Positions 11,735-25,697 of a stretch of DNA of 64,000 bases are shown piece by piece. Made by a program: the position numbers and the translations under genes. Within the stretch, counting starts at the first letter, position 1. The number at the start of each line of letters is the position of its first letter. The notes under the pieces were generated by a model, which searched no databases, was not told the DNA's origin, and saw only the letters and a program-made list of their open reading frames with translations. This DNA comes from Octopus sinensis (lineage: Eukaryota), in the NCBI RefSeq assembly GCF_006345805.1, contig NC_043001.1, positions 58,032,001-58,096,000 on the forward strand, written 5' to 3'.

Positions 11735-11760
11735 GATAGATAGATAGATAGACAGACAGG

Positions 11761-11822
<62 letters not shown>

Positions 11823-11823
11823 T

Positions 11824-11885
<62 letters not shown>

Positions 11886-11915
11886 TGATAGATAGATAAA
11901 TAGATAGATAGATAA
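11735..11915. repeat. (GATA)n microsatellite
   Basis: Long near-perfect tetranucleotide array. Confidence 0.95.
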
Positions 11916-12019
11916 AACTGACTTGGAAAAGGATGCGTGGCGTTCGATCATATAATAATATAAATAATATATAAATGTATGCAAATATACATACATATAT
12001 TTACATACCTACATCTATA

Positions 12020-12500
12020 TGTATATATACATGCATATATGGGTACAGGACATCAAAAATACGTTGAACGAAAACATAAAAGCAAAAACATGGAAACGGG
12101 CTTTTTTTTTCAAACAACGAAGAAACAGAGTACAAAACATTCAACACAAGGAATATTGCCTTTCTTCAGTTGTCCCTGTTTCGTTTATTCCACGTTACGA
12201 AGGGAGGGACAAGACGCGACTTCGTTGAAACAATCCTTCCCGCAAAGCAAATAAAATAAAATTTGGGATTCTTTGCGGAGGGCTAAAAGTGGTAAGAAGA
12301 ACCCGACAGTAAGAACAAAACAATAAAAGTAAAAACAGTAAAAGACAGGACAAATAGAATAACACAGTAAAAAGAAATGAAACCATATTTCCAACTGTTA
12401 TATTCACCAAGACAAGACGGTTTATCCCGTCTCTCATAAGCTGTCTCCTTAATGCGTTCAAAATTATTTTCCCATAGTCTTGGCTTAACAGCCCTCATGG
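12020..12500 (-). mobile_element. Degenerate PLE 3' fragment (end of GIY-YIG plus pLTR-like tail); related copy at ~14400-14525
   Basis: WENNFERIKETAYERRDKPSCL resembles the PLE EN C-terminus (F.RKIKEA..I....PSLN); block aacaacgaa.aaacagagtacaa.aca..acacaaggaa is shared with 14480-14520. Confidence 0.4.
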
Positions 12501-13535
12501 ACACAGAGGTGGGAAAAAATGAAGAATGCTATGAAGAGGGAAAAGGAAAAAGAAGCATAAAAGTTCAAAGTTCAACTTTTTGATCATGTAGAAAAAAATC
12601 CGTAATTCTTTAGGTGTAATCCTGTGTAAACGTGTATGTTAAAGCTCTAATAGTGTAAATATCCAGAAATAGACGCAAATATATATACGTATCAACTATT
12701 TTTTTCTTTTCACAACTATCTACACTCCCACACCGCTATAGCTAAAACTATTTCTACAGCAACTGACCTCAGCCATCAAACAAACACAAGCACTTACTAC
12801 TAGATTTCCTTCCCAACCCATACAGACTAGAATAATACCACTGGCAAGTACTATTCTCTTTGAAATTCCTTTCATTTTACTTTATCTTGTTTTTTACGTT
12901 ATCTTCTTTTACCTCCTCCTCTCTCCTTATTTACAACTATTTATTTATTCATATATTTATTTTCTTGGTTATTTTTGTACCCTATATTCTTTTACTCTAT
13001 ATCCTTATATAACCTATTTTATCCTTAATGTGAATCGTTAATATCCTCCTTAAGTTTTTCTATCCCTCTTTCTATTTAGTTATTTTCCTTTATTTCAGCC
13101 GTTCGATAGCCACATCCGCTACCATTCTGTTATTGAACGTTGATATGTTCGCGTCTATTTCTGGATATTTACAATATTACGACTTTACCCTACATGGATT
13201 TACAGAGGGTTGCACCTAGGGATTTAAGGACTTACTTTTACATGTTTTGAAATAGGAATTATGAACTTTCATGCTTCTTTTTTCTTCTCTCTCTTAATAT
13301 ACTAAGCCTTTTTCTCAGGTCCCCTGTATCGTCATTTCATTAATCTATACCCGTCTCAGTTTCCCTATTTGTCTTCGATGACGGAATATCCCATATTCCA
13401 GGATATCCCAGAAACACTTTGTAAGACTTTGAATTTGTCCAATGATAACGTCTATGACATGAGATATTTGCTTTGCCTTAACGTTTGTTGTACTCTTTAA
13501 CATTATTCGTATACATACATACATACATACATACA

Positions 13536-13590
<55 letters not shown>

Positions 13591-14132
13591 CACGCATACG
13601 TACAAACTTATGGATGCATAGATCAATATTTCTATATTTAAAATGAAAACTTACATGTGCATGGATGTATAAATGAAATATTGTGAATACGTACCTGGAG
13701 ATATATAAATGGCCTCCCTAGCAGGTGTATAAAATCAGTGAATATGCTGTTTATAAAAAGGAATGCCTGGATTAGCATACGTTTTCATTACTTCATGAAG
13801 AATCTTTGTGAGCATATGAATATATTTGTTCATATATATATATATACATATATATACATATATATATATATACATATATTTATAGACATACATACATACA
13901 TACATACATTCGTACATACATACATACATATTTATATACAAATGTGTATAATTCAATGTGCACAAAAATGAACGCATTTATTTAAACAATTTTACTCTCT
14001 CTATAGCCCTTCCTTTTCTGTTTCACTTTTCTCGATTACTCGGTCTCAGTTTATGCATTCCACCGAAGAAGAACTGATGTGAGTCAGTATATATTATCTA
14101 CTGCTACAAAGTTTTTCAGTATTTCTCTCCAC

Positions 14133-14216
<84 letters not shown>

Positions 14217-14528
14217 ATATATAAACCAGCTTAGAGAAGAAGAAGAAACGAAACGAAACCAAACGAATCGAATCGAATCGACGCGAAGGCGCTCAGTCAT
14301 ACAATAGTGTAATAAATAAAATATATGCATACATACAAACATATATGTACGTTCCTACATCTACATGTATATATACATGCATATATAAATATATATTCGT
14401 GTGTACAGAACACCACAGATAGACGTAGAACTCAACGAGAAACGAAAACGTAAAAACAGCATGGAACGGACCATTTTTTTAACAACGAAAAAACAGAGTA
14501 CAAGACAACTACACAAGGAAAAATACCC

Positions 14529-14572
<44 letters not shown>

Positions 14573-16667
14573 TTTTCGTGTTTTTGTGCACATTGACAGA
14601 ATTCTACTCAAAAATATTAAATACATACGAAAACACATAAAATTATGTTGATTAAAATATTTCTGTAATAGGTTGTCAGAAATTATTTTAACAATCATGA
14701 AGTTACGAGGCTATTTCCAACTGAAACATTTTTAAGCTCAGACGATACAGATATTTCCCTAAACGGTATATCTGAAACCGAACCATTGATACCATTGAGA
14801 TTGAATGCTTAATCGTTCATTTACAAAACGACTCAGCAACTGTTGCAGTATTACTTTAGACTTGCGACAACAACAATAGTATCAACAATAAGAACAAACA
14901 ATGTAAGTAACGTGAAGTAGAAAAATCTTCGAACTGCCGTAGAGATATGATAATCATAAAAATATACCAAAGAATTTCATGCATTTCCTACATATATCTC
15001 ATTTATAGCCTCCACGAAAAAACACATTTATATCATACATATTTTCTTTCGTGAGCAACAACTGATTTTGAAATAGCTTCGAGTCAATAACCAAACAGTG
15101 TAGCACATAAGGCACTACGTACGTGAATGAGAACTCCATGCTATACTACGTGTATATTACTTTCTTAAGTCTGCAAAAGAAGGGGGGGGGGTTCTAACAA
15201 ATATGCAAATTGCCGTAGTTAGAAATTAGATAAGAGCAACAGTAAAGATTTAAAGATGCTGCTGGAAAAACCATCTCCAATATTCTTACAGTCCTGCTTT
15301 ACTTTTTAATGTGTAAATTAAGAAAAACATTGCCATTTTGGCATTACTGCTAATAATTGTAAAAAATAACTAAGAGTAGTTTGAAGTACAGGTAGAAATA
15401 TTTTTTCATGTTATTCGGAGAAAGCTGTATGTTTTAAAGTATCTATTCTTCAGTTTTGTTTCTCTAAATTTATTGGTTCTTTTGTTATTTTATATCCACG
15501 CCAGCTTTGCCACAGCATAGTTATAACGAAAGATTTTCCATACTGAGTGTCCTGTCTATCTACGACTACATTTTCCAATAACTCATACTTTGTTCTGGAA
15601 CAGATAGTATGCGATTTGATGGGAATATATTGTTATTTCTTCCAGGTAAACCAGAGCACAGCATGTCTTTTGTTAGCTTTTATCAATACCCATATTTTAA
15701 ATTGCATTGAATGTTTTTGTAAGATGTTTAGACAAAACCCATTTGCATACGTAGAGTTTCGGTTCACAAATATTAAAACTAAGACATATAGTGTTAATGA
15801 TGAATTCTGTAATTTGTCGCTCGCACTGCAAGAAATAGCAGCCAACTATTTCTAATATCAAGCTACGCCAACTTAAGAAACAAAAGCCGTGTCGATAATT
15901 AAGTCAGAAATAAACTACGCTGGCAAAAAGAGTAAAATACTTGTCATGGCTTGATACTCATAGGATTGCTCAATCATAACCGAAATTAGAGTTAAACATA
16001 AATAAAAGAATACATTGAGGAAAATATCATAATATATTCATTTTTAACGTATGTACACAATTTGGATCATGGTATAATCCTTTAAACCTAATATAGAAAT
16101 TCTTGACTGGTAATTCATGACTGAACATACGGTAGATTTATATTGTAACAACCAGTTACATTTGTGCGACACCGAAAAGGTGGGATTAAAATGCAAAGAA
16201 ATCGGGTTTTTAAAGTACTACATATGTAAGATGAATAAAATTGTATCATATACCAATTTCAGGAATACATTTATTTCACTATCCATACTCGCCCTTCTCT
16301 CTCTCTGTCCCCTTCTCTCCCCACCTCGCCCTCTCTTCAAATGTGTGTATATATTGATATGTGTATATATGTGCAACTCGTTGTTTATGGATGTGTGTAT
16401 TTGTGTGCTTGTGTGTGTGCGTGAGTGAGTGCGTGTGTGTGTGTGTATGTGTGTATGTTTGCTTGTGTGCGTGTGTCTAAGCGAAGGCGAACCCATATTA
16501 TTTCCCACGTTAGGACCATTTCAAATATTCACCAATCCGCCATCATGGGTTTCAGAATTTAGTATACACTCGGTCTAGAAAATTATGGCTTAATCATCAA
16601 ATACATACTGCTTTATCTACCATCCAGGTACTTCATTATGCTTAGTGGTCTTAGTGGTGGGCATGCC

Positions 16668-16905
16668 ATCTCTGTAGAGGTGCGAGGCTTAGTTGTTAGA
16701 ATGCTGGACTCATGACTATGAGGTTGTGATTTTGATTCCTCGACTGGGCGACGCGTTGTGTTCTTGATCAAAATACTTCATCTCATTTTACTCCAGTCCA
16801 CCCAGCAGGCAAAAATTAGTAATCCTGCGGTTGACCGACCTCTACACCAGGTGGTGAATATATACGCTATGAAACCAACAAGCTGGCCCTTATGAGTCGG
16901 TTTGC
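16668..16905 (+). mobile_element. tRNA-derived SINE, second family (V/Meta-SINE-like core)
   Basis: Head ggcttagttgttagaatgctggactcatgact..gaggttgtgattttgattcc followed by gttgtgttcttga.caa.a.acttcat...ctccagtccac.cagc. Confidence 0.55.
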
Positions 16906-18058
16906 TTTTTACCTTTATGGCACCCCGTACATGGATGAATTTACTTCTCTAGAAGTTTGTTCGCCTTTCACCTTATTTAACTATTGCAGGCCGTTCGCGC
17001 AAAGTTTGCACCGTGCAAACCAATCATTGGGAGCATTTTAGCTGGTGACCTCTGGATCATGAGTAGATAGGACTGTGTTATATGCTTACATCTAACAGTA
17101 CTATCAAACAAATATATAGGTATATTGCCGCATTCAGTCCGTGTATACACCTGTGCCAAAATGTTGTCTTATAGAATTGTGCTCAAAACGAGTTTTTTTT
17201 GTTCAGATAATATGTCGTCGAAAACATTTCTACCATCCATTCACATGCATGTTAACTCGTATTTAATTTATCGAATTCGAAAGAATCTAAGTCGAACACA
17301 TCTGATGACAAATCGGAAGTCGGTACATAAGTAGACAAAACTCTTTTTTTTTATACACCTTCTACAAGATTCCACCAATTGTCTCATATACCACCCACTG
17401 CCATCCTAATATATGAATGGACTCATGCCACTGTATACACCCAGAAAATTATTAATTTACTTCAAAAGATATTTTCAAGACTAATTCTCAGTTAATTCTT
17501 TCATTTGTTTAATGTTTAGCTTCCAATCTTCTAAAAGCTCTTTAATACAATTTGTTTTATAAACTATGATGTTATTTGATAGAAAACATGTTTATTTATA
17601 AAAATCTACTATTTCTTTCCTAATTTTGATTCTTTGTGTTTGTTTGCTTCTTTATTTGTTTCATCTGTCAGACTTATAATTAGAACATGAAATTTTATAA
17701 TCATTATGGAATTAAAATAAGTGAATTTTCTTTTCTCTAAATGCTAGCCACATTTATAGTTGAGCAACAATTATGTTGCTACTGCTGTTGTTGTTTAAAG
17801 TGTAGTTTACCGTCATGTAACAAACAAAGCCATGAAGATATTCCACTTATAGCGATTTCATATTTTATTCAGATACAGAGTATCTATAATTATATTTTAT
17901 CGAGATTAATTCAGCTTGATTTCAAAGAAGATACGATTTAAGAATTACCGATTTAACCAACGTTTCCAACAGCATTAAAGACCATGGAATATTTCCTTGT
18001 TTTTATCGTAAAAAGTATGTCATAAGAATATCAAAAATGCGCATATCGGAATAGTATA

Positions 18059-18870
18059 CGAGGGTAGATTGAAATTTTCATAGGTTGAAACGTTCAGAGT
18101 CGTTTCAGAGGTGTGAAACCTTGCATGTTGTTGGGTGACAGGCGGCTGACTATCAATCAAATAGCCAGTGTTATTCTATTCAATCAACTTCTCATGGCCA
18201 AAGTTTCCGGTCAGTAGTTGCCACGTTTTCTGATACATCCTCAAAGAGCACTACACTGGTCACTTCACGGGAAACTCTGACATTGAGGCAAATCCAGCTG
18301 TTTTCTTTCAACGTTTGCTAATCCAGTACCAGTGCTGGGTTTAAGACTTTGTGCCTGAGAAAAAGAAACAAATCATAGAAGGGAAATACATTTCATTACC
18401 TGTTCTCAAAAAGCCATGGTCTTTCCATTCGCAAGAAAGGTGATGGCCTCCATTTTTTGAGATTCAAAATGCATTATATTTATTGGCTTTCTTCAGAAGA
18501 GTCGCAACAAGCATGGAGAGTAATATGCCAACCTCCTGAGGAAAGTTATGAGAGTCTTTCAAGATCGAACGGTCAGGAAAACTGATGAAAGTATCTTATT
18601 TTATAAGGACAATGATTCAGCACACAACACCTGGTTTCGATAGTTGCTGTATGAGACCGTGGATTAGAAACGGTTGATCCCCTCCCTATTTGCTGATTTG
18701 GCCCAATTTCATTATTATCTATTGTCTAACAAGGAACAACACTTGGCTGGGAACCAGTATCGTAGTGATGACTACGATATATCAATGACAGTTTTGACTG
18801 ACAGGAGGAAAGCTTCCACACCAATGGGATCCAAGTACAGCAACATCGACAGAAGAAATTTGTCGACCGT
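18059..18870 (+). pseudogene. mariner transposon relic
   Basis: TA + CGAGGGtagattgaaa TIR-like start; later frame reads ..DLAQFHYYLLSNKEQHLAG, matching the YSPDLAP.D..LF..LK..L.G motif. Confidence 0.65.
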
Positions 18871-19947
18871 TGGGAAGGCTATGTTGAAAAATAAAACTCA
18901 TTTTATTACATTCTATAGGGGTAAGTTTTCAGCCGACATTCGTAGAAAAGAAATTTGGTTTCAAATCAAGAGCCCGTCAGTTAGAGGTTCTGAATCGAAA
19001 CATAGCGCTTTGTTTCACCATGCACAGGCATATGTAAGTCTACAACAGATTCCAGCCTCTTGGGACATGAATCTAACAACCTTCGGCAACTGATAAATCT
19101 ATATTTCCTCAGATAACAAGCAATTGTAGTTTTCGACTAAAGTCAATAAAGCAGGCCAATATCCAGCAAGACAAGGAACAATTTACTTTTACAAATGACT
19201 CCAAAATACTACAAATACAAAACTTCATATAAATTAAACATTAAAATATAAATCCCAAGATTTCTTACACTTATCAATTGCAGAGTTTAGGAACTATAAT
19301 TTTATGAGGCGTTCGGGATCTTTTATTATATTATAACCTGAGCATGAACCGAATTAGTGACAGTTAACATTGAATATCTCAACGGCATTAACAACAAAAA
19401 TGATTTGAAATCCACCCAATTCACTATTATTGGTATTTATCCTCTTGTTACTAAATCACATCTACTTAAAGCTAATTATTTTACTAATATCTTCGTAGAT
19501 ACCTGTGCGGCCGCTAACCTCGTCGTTTGTATTGTTACTGAATATAATATCTAAATTTTCAAGAAGAGAGCTTAATGATCTCCCTTTACTCATGACTACA
19601 TTGAAAGAAAGAAAATATCATTTTCCATCGTCATAATTGACCCACTAATGAATACAATTGATTGAAGGAGACAAGCTACGCGAAAATCGTTGAAATCCCA
19701 TTAAATCATTACATTCATCACAACTTTGATATACATGTAGCAAACTTGCATCTACACCAGTGTCTATGTATGTACGAATGTATGTATGTATGGTATGTAT
19801 ATATGTGTGTATGCATGCATGCAGGCATGTATGTACATATATTTATCTATATATATGCTTATATATCTATGTATGTATGTATGTATCTATCTATCTATCT
19901 AGATACGGCTGCAGTCAACTGACTGAAACAAGTAGAAGGATAGAAGG

Positions 19948-20029
<82 letters not shown>

Positions 20030-20759
20030 TTAGATTCAGATGAATATGGTACTTAAGTCGAGGAACCAGAATTTAGTAAGATATTATCCATACAATTTCA
20101 CAATAAGGGGATTAAAATCAAAATAAGCAACAAAGCTATGCAATATGATCGTTTCATGCAACTCCATTTAATTGAACAATGCAATCATTTCATTACATCA
20201 ATTTAAAATGTAGAGCAATCTTCAGCTGCACAAAGACATAAAATTAAATTAAATTAGAAGGACACATTAGTATAATTTTACCTAAAATCTTTAAGAGGAT
20301 AAGGAGATAAACAAAGAACATGTTTTACCATCAACATCATAGTTGTATCTGAACTTTTTTCAAAGAGACACTACCTATCACTGATTTTCTGTTATTTAGT
20401 TTTATTACGGGGTTGGGATCAGTTTCAATTTATAGACTAGCGTACCAAATACTTTGTATATTTAAGGCTGAGAGAAGACAGAGGGTCGTATCTGCTTGGG
20501 TTAGAATTGGTAGAGTAGACAGACATTCTAAAATGGCATAGTCATAAAATTAAGATTTATTTGAAGCAACGTCATGAGGTTTAGTCAAAGAATACTTGAA
20601 ACAAGACGCTAGCCTGTAATTAAGGCATCGCCCTCTAGCAGACCATTGATAATGGGACAGGGGAAGTTTTATCCTGTAGTACTACAGTTAACTACTATAA
20701 AACAATGCTGCTATATTGTATACAGATAAAGTTTATAGTTATTCAACATATTAAGAGGG

Positions 20760-22650
20760 AGGAAAATAAAATATAAAAATAATTTAATATTTATACACTT
20801 AAATACTATCTTATCAGATATCTGTAAGTATTGATTAAATGATATTTACTGGTATTAATAAAGGAGTATTGAGGTAAAAGAACATGCTAATTATATATTA
20901 AAAATTTTAGTCTAAGCAGATTTTTTTTATTACAAGTACTGAATATATCAGCATAGCTTTATATAAGCTGTGTATGAAATTTATAAAACTATTTTGAACA
21001 ATATGTCATTTTTTGTATAAGATTAAAATATAAGGCTATCATAGAGATTTACCATTTAGGTGAGAGAACAAATATATTACAAATTAGTTAAATCTTAATT
21101 TAGGCAGTTTAATTTTAAAATGTCGGAGATACCTATATTGTTTTTTATAAGCTAAGTATGAGTTTATTGGGGTACAACAATTTAGGTTTATATAAAGGTA
21201 ATTATATAGTATTGAAATGATTAGGTAGGGTAGAAACATCATAGAAAAGGATGTGAAAATAGCTTAATCACTAAATTCATGATGAAGTACGTATACAACT
21301 TATTGCATATGTTCCATAAATCTTGTCTATCGAAGTTACTAAGTTGTATAAGTACTTCATCATGATTTTAGTGATTAAGCTATTTTCACCCCCTTTTCTA
21401 TGATGTTTCTACTCTATCTAATCATTTCAATACTCTACAAGTACCTTTATATAAACCTAAATTGTTGTACCCCTATAAATCCATAACTTAGCTTATAAAA
21501 AATAATATAGGCATCTTCAAAATTTTAGAATTAAAATGCCAAAATTAAACTGCCTAAATTAAGATTTAACTAATTTTAAATATATTTGTTCTCTCACCTA
21601 AATAGTGAATCTCCATGATAGCCTTATATTTTAATCTTATACAAAAAATGACATATTGTTCAAAATAGTTTTAGTAATTAAGTTTTTTATCTCTTTATTA
21701 AAATGTTTCATCTCCTTAATTTTGATATTTATATTGGTTTTAAATAGCCCCTCCAATTAAGTACTCCTAAGAAACTAATATTATTTATAGATTAACAGAA
21801 GCAACCTTTGTCATCTATATTATACCTCTTATTTTAATATTTGTATATGGTTAACTTGTCCTTTTAACAACAATTATCTTTTCAAATAATACCGAGTTTC
21901 AGCCCTGAATATAGTAAACTTAATAAGCTAATTTTCTAGCTCATAAATTATTATACATTTTGTATATAAACTTGCTATCAGAGTTAATAAGGTATGAATA
22001 TTTTACTTTTCATTGTGGTTTTTAATGATTAGTCTATTTATTCCTTTTCGAAGATGCTCTACCCTAACTGATCATTTTATTATTGTTGTTTTTATTTTTA
22101 AGGCAGCCTTAAATAAATCTAATCCTTGTACCCCTATTAATTCATACTCAGCTTACATAAGTTAATACTGGTATCTCCACCACTTAAAACAGTTCAATTT
22201 AATTAAATCAGTATATCGTTGACATGTTCTTTAACCTCAGTTGCCCTTATTAAATATTAGATAACTACATTTGATCAATCTCCACAGAAACCTTATAATA
22301 AGTGAATATTTTAGATAAGTAATAAGTATATAAATATTAATCTATTTCTTTGCAATTTTTTTTTACCATCCTCTATTCTATTTAAAAGAATTTTGTATAA
22401 ACTTAGAAGTGGTATCCTGTTTGTTAAAATTCTCATTCTTAATAATCCTCTTCATTACCCTAAAAAAATTTGTAACCGTATACAATATGATAACATTGTT
22501 TGAAATGATCTTTTTAAAGATTACTTGATTTTACTTTTTCTGAAATAGCTCCATCCTCCTGATCTTAGTATTTATAAAGACCTTTATAAAAATAACCTTT
22601 CTAAATAAGTACCAATTAAAAAAATATAAATATCATCTAGGGTATAATAA
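20760..22650. repeat. Very AT-rich block of 3-4 diverged copies of a ~400-nt unit with an internal palindrome; possibly an eroded non-LTR RT
   Basis: Inverted arms 20984-21302 and 21340-21673; direct homology of 21303-21650 with 21947-22330 and of reverse 20780-20983 with 22140-22340; weak RT-like strings (FIPFRRCSTLTDH, LNGKS, ITLFEMIFLKIT, KYKYHLG). Confidence 0.5.
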
Positions 22651-22791
22651 TAATTAACTCCGGGCCTACCAGCAGACCGTTGTGGTCGCCACCCACTGGA
22701 TATCCTTCAGTAATCTGTACTTTAAAAAATTTTAAATTATAAAGAGACCTGAGTTGTAAAGTTAAAAACTTGAAATTACACACACACAAAC

Positions 22792-22822
<31 letters not shown>

Positions 22823-22894
22823 ACTTCAAGTTTTTAACCTTTACAACATAGGTCTCTTTACAATTTAACATCTTTTAAATTACAGGCTACTTAA

Positions 22895-24300
22895 CGATGT
22901 CCACTGTGTGGCGATCACCACAGACTGCTGTATGCCCCATAACAGGTCGTACCTGGGGAAGGCTGCACACTGGCTGGATTCCAACGCCCGCACGAGAGAA
23001 CACGCGGTCCTAGCCTACTCTTGTCTCAGAGGACATCAAACCTTTGATGTTCTCGCTCAGGCCAGCATGGACACGCATTACAAATTCCATCAGCAAGACA
23101 AGGTAACTAGGATCACCTCGGACAACTGCAACGATTTTGTCTAGGCATTTATGCTGTATGGTTTAGAAGCTGAACTGTTGTCAGACATTCCTGAGGCTAT
23201 TGCCGATCCTGACATGGATGGCGTTGAGGATGTGGAGCTGGACGAAGATCCCGAAGCTGGGGATGTGGTCGAAGTTGAGTACATTTCTGATGATGCCGTC
23301 ATTGACGACTCCAGCAGCCTGAACCTCAACCTGCTCGTGCACATGAAGTGGGCAGCCCATACCTTCAACGTGGTAGCCAGCGTGGATACCGACAATGCTC
23401 TTGATAGCACTTCGTTCAAGTTTGCCTACAGGAATGCCATGTCCAAGTCACAGCTGTATGTGGAATCTGCAGACCCACCACACGGTGGCGGCAGACACCA
23501 TTTCGGGCGTATTGAAGAGGAGGCTGGTGGTCCCCATCAATACCAGATGGAACTCTACCTATGAATCGGTTCTCCTCAACAACCTGCTGGAGAAGAATAA
23601 GGTAGCTGTCCACAAGGTGATAACAGAGCTGAAGTCACAGTTCTCTAATTCTAATGTCAGCTTTCTGACTGATACAATCAAGTGGAAGGACCAGTCCTGT
23701 CTCGAGAGCCTTCTGGAAATGTTGAAGGAGGTTAAGTTCAAACATCTCCTGTAGTACAGTCCTTTCGTGGAAGCGATACTGGTTGGCATCTAGAAAAGAT
23801 TTGTGCTCCTCCTAGAAGAGTTGCCGTGCCAGCTGACCGCTGCTTTCCACCCCAAATTTCTTCTGCTCTGGCTGGAGCAGTATAATAATTGTCAGATTAG
23901 CAGAGTAACGAACGCCATGGAGACCGCCGTAGAGACAACTCTGATGGAGACCAATTAGAAGGGCAGAAGCACCACCAGTAATGATGATGAAGATGATTTC
24001 TTCAGCAACATCACTTGGTTCCGTGAGAGTAGGAGCCACAGGTAACTGAAATCCAAGGCGCGAACATAGTGAAGACCTGGCTGGAGGCCGTCTCCAAGAA
24101 GGTTCTAATTAAAGTCGCCTTGGGTGAAAAGGTTTTGATCGACGTGGTCACTATTTATAACACGACCATCACATCCAGTGCTGCTGTTAAGCGCCATTTC
24201 TCTATAGACAAAGATATTTTGAAGGCTAAGGGAGCCACCCTGTCAGATGGTAACATTGAGTAGCTGATGTTTATGAAAGGCAACCGGCATCATGTCGAGG
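22895..24300 (+). pseudogene. hAT transposase relic (catalytic and dimerisation domains)
   Basis: TTDC..NRSYLG.AAHWLD, VTRITSDN.NDFV, AAHTFNVVAS, VPINTRWNSTY, SSAAVKRHFS..KDILK....LSDGNIE; frameshifted, visibly more GC-rich than flanks. Confidence 0.88.
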
Positions 24301-24746
24301 CGATGGAGAAGGCGCAGTCAGAGTGGTTCATCTTGATCATCTAATTTTCGTATGATACCTATGCTATACTATACTTTTGGATTCGTTTAATACTTTTTGA
24401 ACAGTAAATAAAATGTATGTTAATTTAAAAACTTATATTTTAATTTCATTTGTTCATTTAACTATTTATGTACACCTTGATCATCATCTGAGTTGGCATG
24501 CCATACCTTTTTGGAAAGAATGTTTTAGCTACAACATGAATATTTTAGTTCTATATTTAAGAGATGAGCAATTATGTACGTTATTTACATTGTTTAAATT
24601 TGACCGATATTTTTCCTCGTCGTGTTTGATGTTAACACAACGTTTCCGCTGATATACACGCCTGTCTTTATCAGGTGTCTTGGGGAAATTTCGAACCTGG
24701 GATCTCATTCCTAAGGTATTTTTCGATGTTGTTGTTGTTGTTGTTG

Positions 24747-24807
<61 letters not shown>

Positions 24808-24974
24808 CATTATTATCATTTATTTTTATTATTCAGGTCACTGTTTGGAATCGAACTTGGAATCTTGGAGTTAGTAGTCCACGCTCTTAACCACTAAGCC
24901 CACGGGCATATGGCGTTGTGATTAAGAGCGTGGGCTACTAACCCCAAGATTCCGAGTCCGATTCCAGGCAGTGA

Positions 24975-25240
<266 letters not shown>

Positions 25241-25287
25241 ATCGAAAATACCTTAGGAATGAGAACCCATGTTCGAAATTTCCTCAA

Positions 25288-25333
25288 TATACCTGATGAA
25301 GGCTGGAGGGTATATCAGCGGAAACGTTTTGTT
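25288..25333 (+). ncRNA. Minimal hammerhead in SINE tail (core intact, stems I/II partly eroded); mirror copy at 24634-24679 (-) has G8>A
   Basis: atac-CTGATGA-aggctg gagggtatat cagcg-GAAA-C GT-T; left copy gacac-CTGATaA...GAAACGTT-gtgtt keeps a 5-bp stem I. Confidence 0.55.
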
Positions 25334-25601
25334 AACAACAAACAAGATGAGGACAAAAGCTGTCAAATGTAAATAATGTAAATAATGTAAAATAACTTAT
25401 GAAAATTTCAGCTGTGTAGGTTTGTTTCTACAGGTTTTGGAGCAAAAAACCAAACGGAAGCTAAATTCATATAATAAAAGTTAGCGCTTATTAGTTATCG
25501 GCCTCCGCTAAATTTTTACCTGTTTAACGGTTTAATGTTTGCGAAACTAACTTTTTTAGCAAACGGAGTAGCAGTTAGCTGTGCCCATCATTGTATATAT
25601 A

Positions 25602-25697
<96 letters not shown>

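Noticed and set aside
12130-12240. Hammerhead in the PLE fragment tail
   Set aside because: CUGAAGA and a GAAAC-like string are not in a foldable order; candidate cores carry several mutations
20030-22660. Foreign insert with an alternative genetic code (mitochondrial, Mycoplasma or ciliate)
   Set aside because: TAA, TAG and TGA all occur at roughly the frequency expected from base composition in every frame I read; no mitochondrial gene motif recognised
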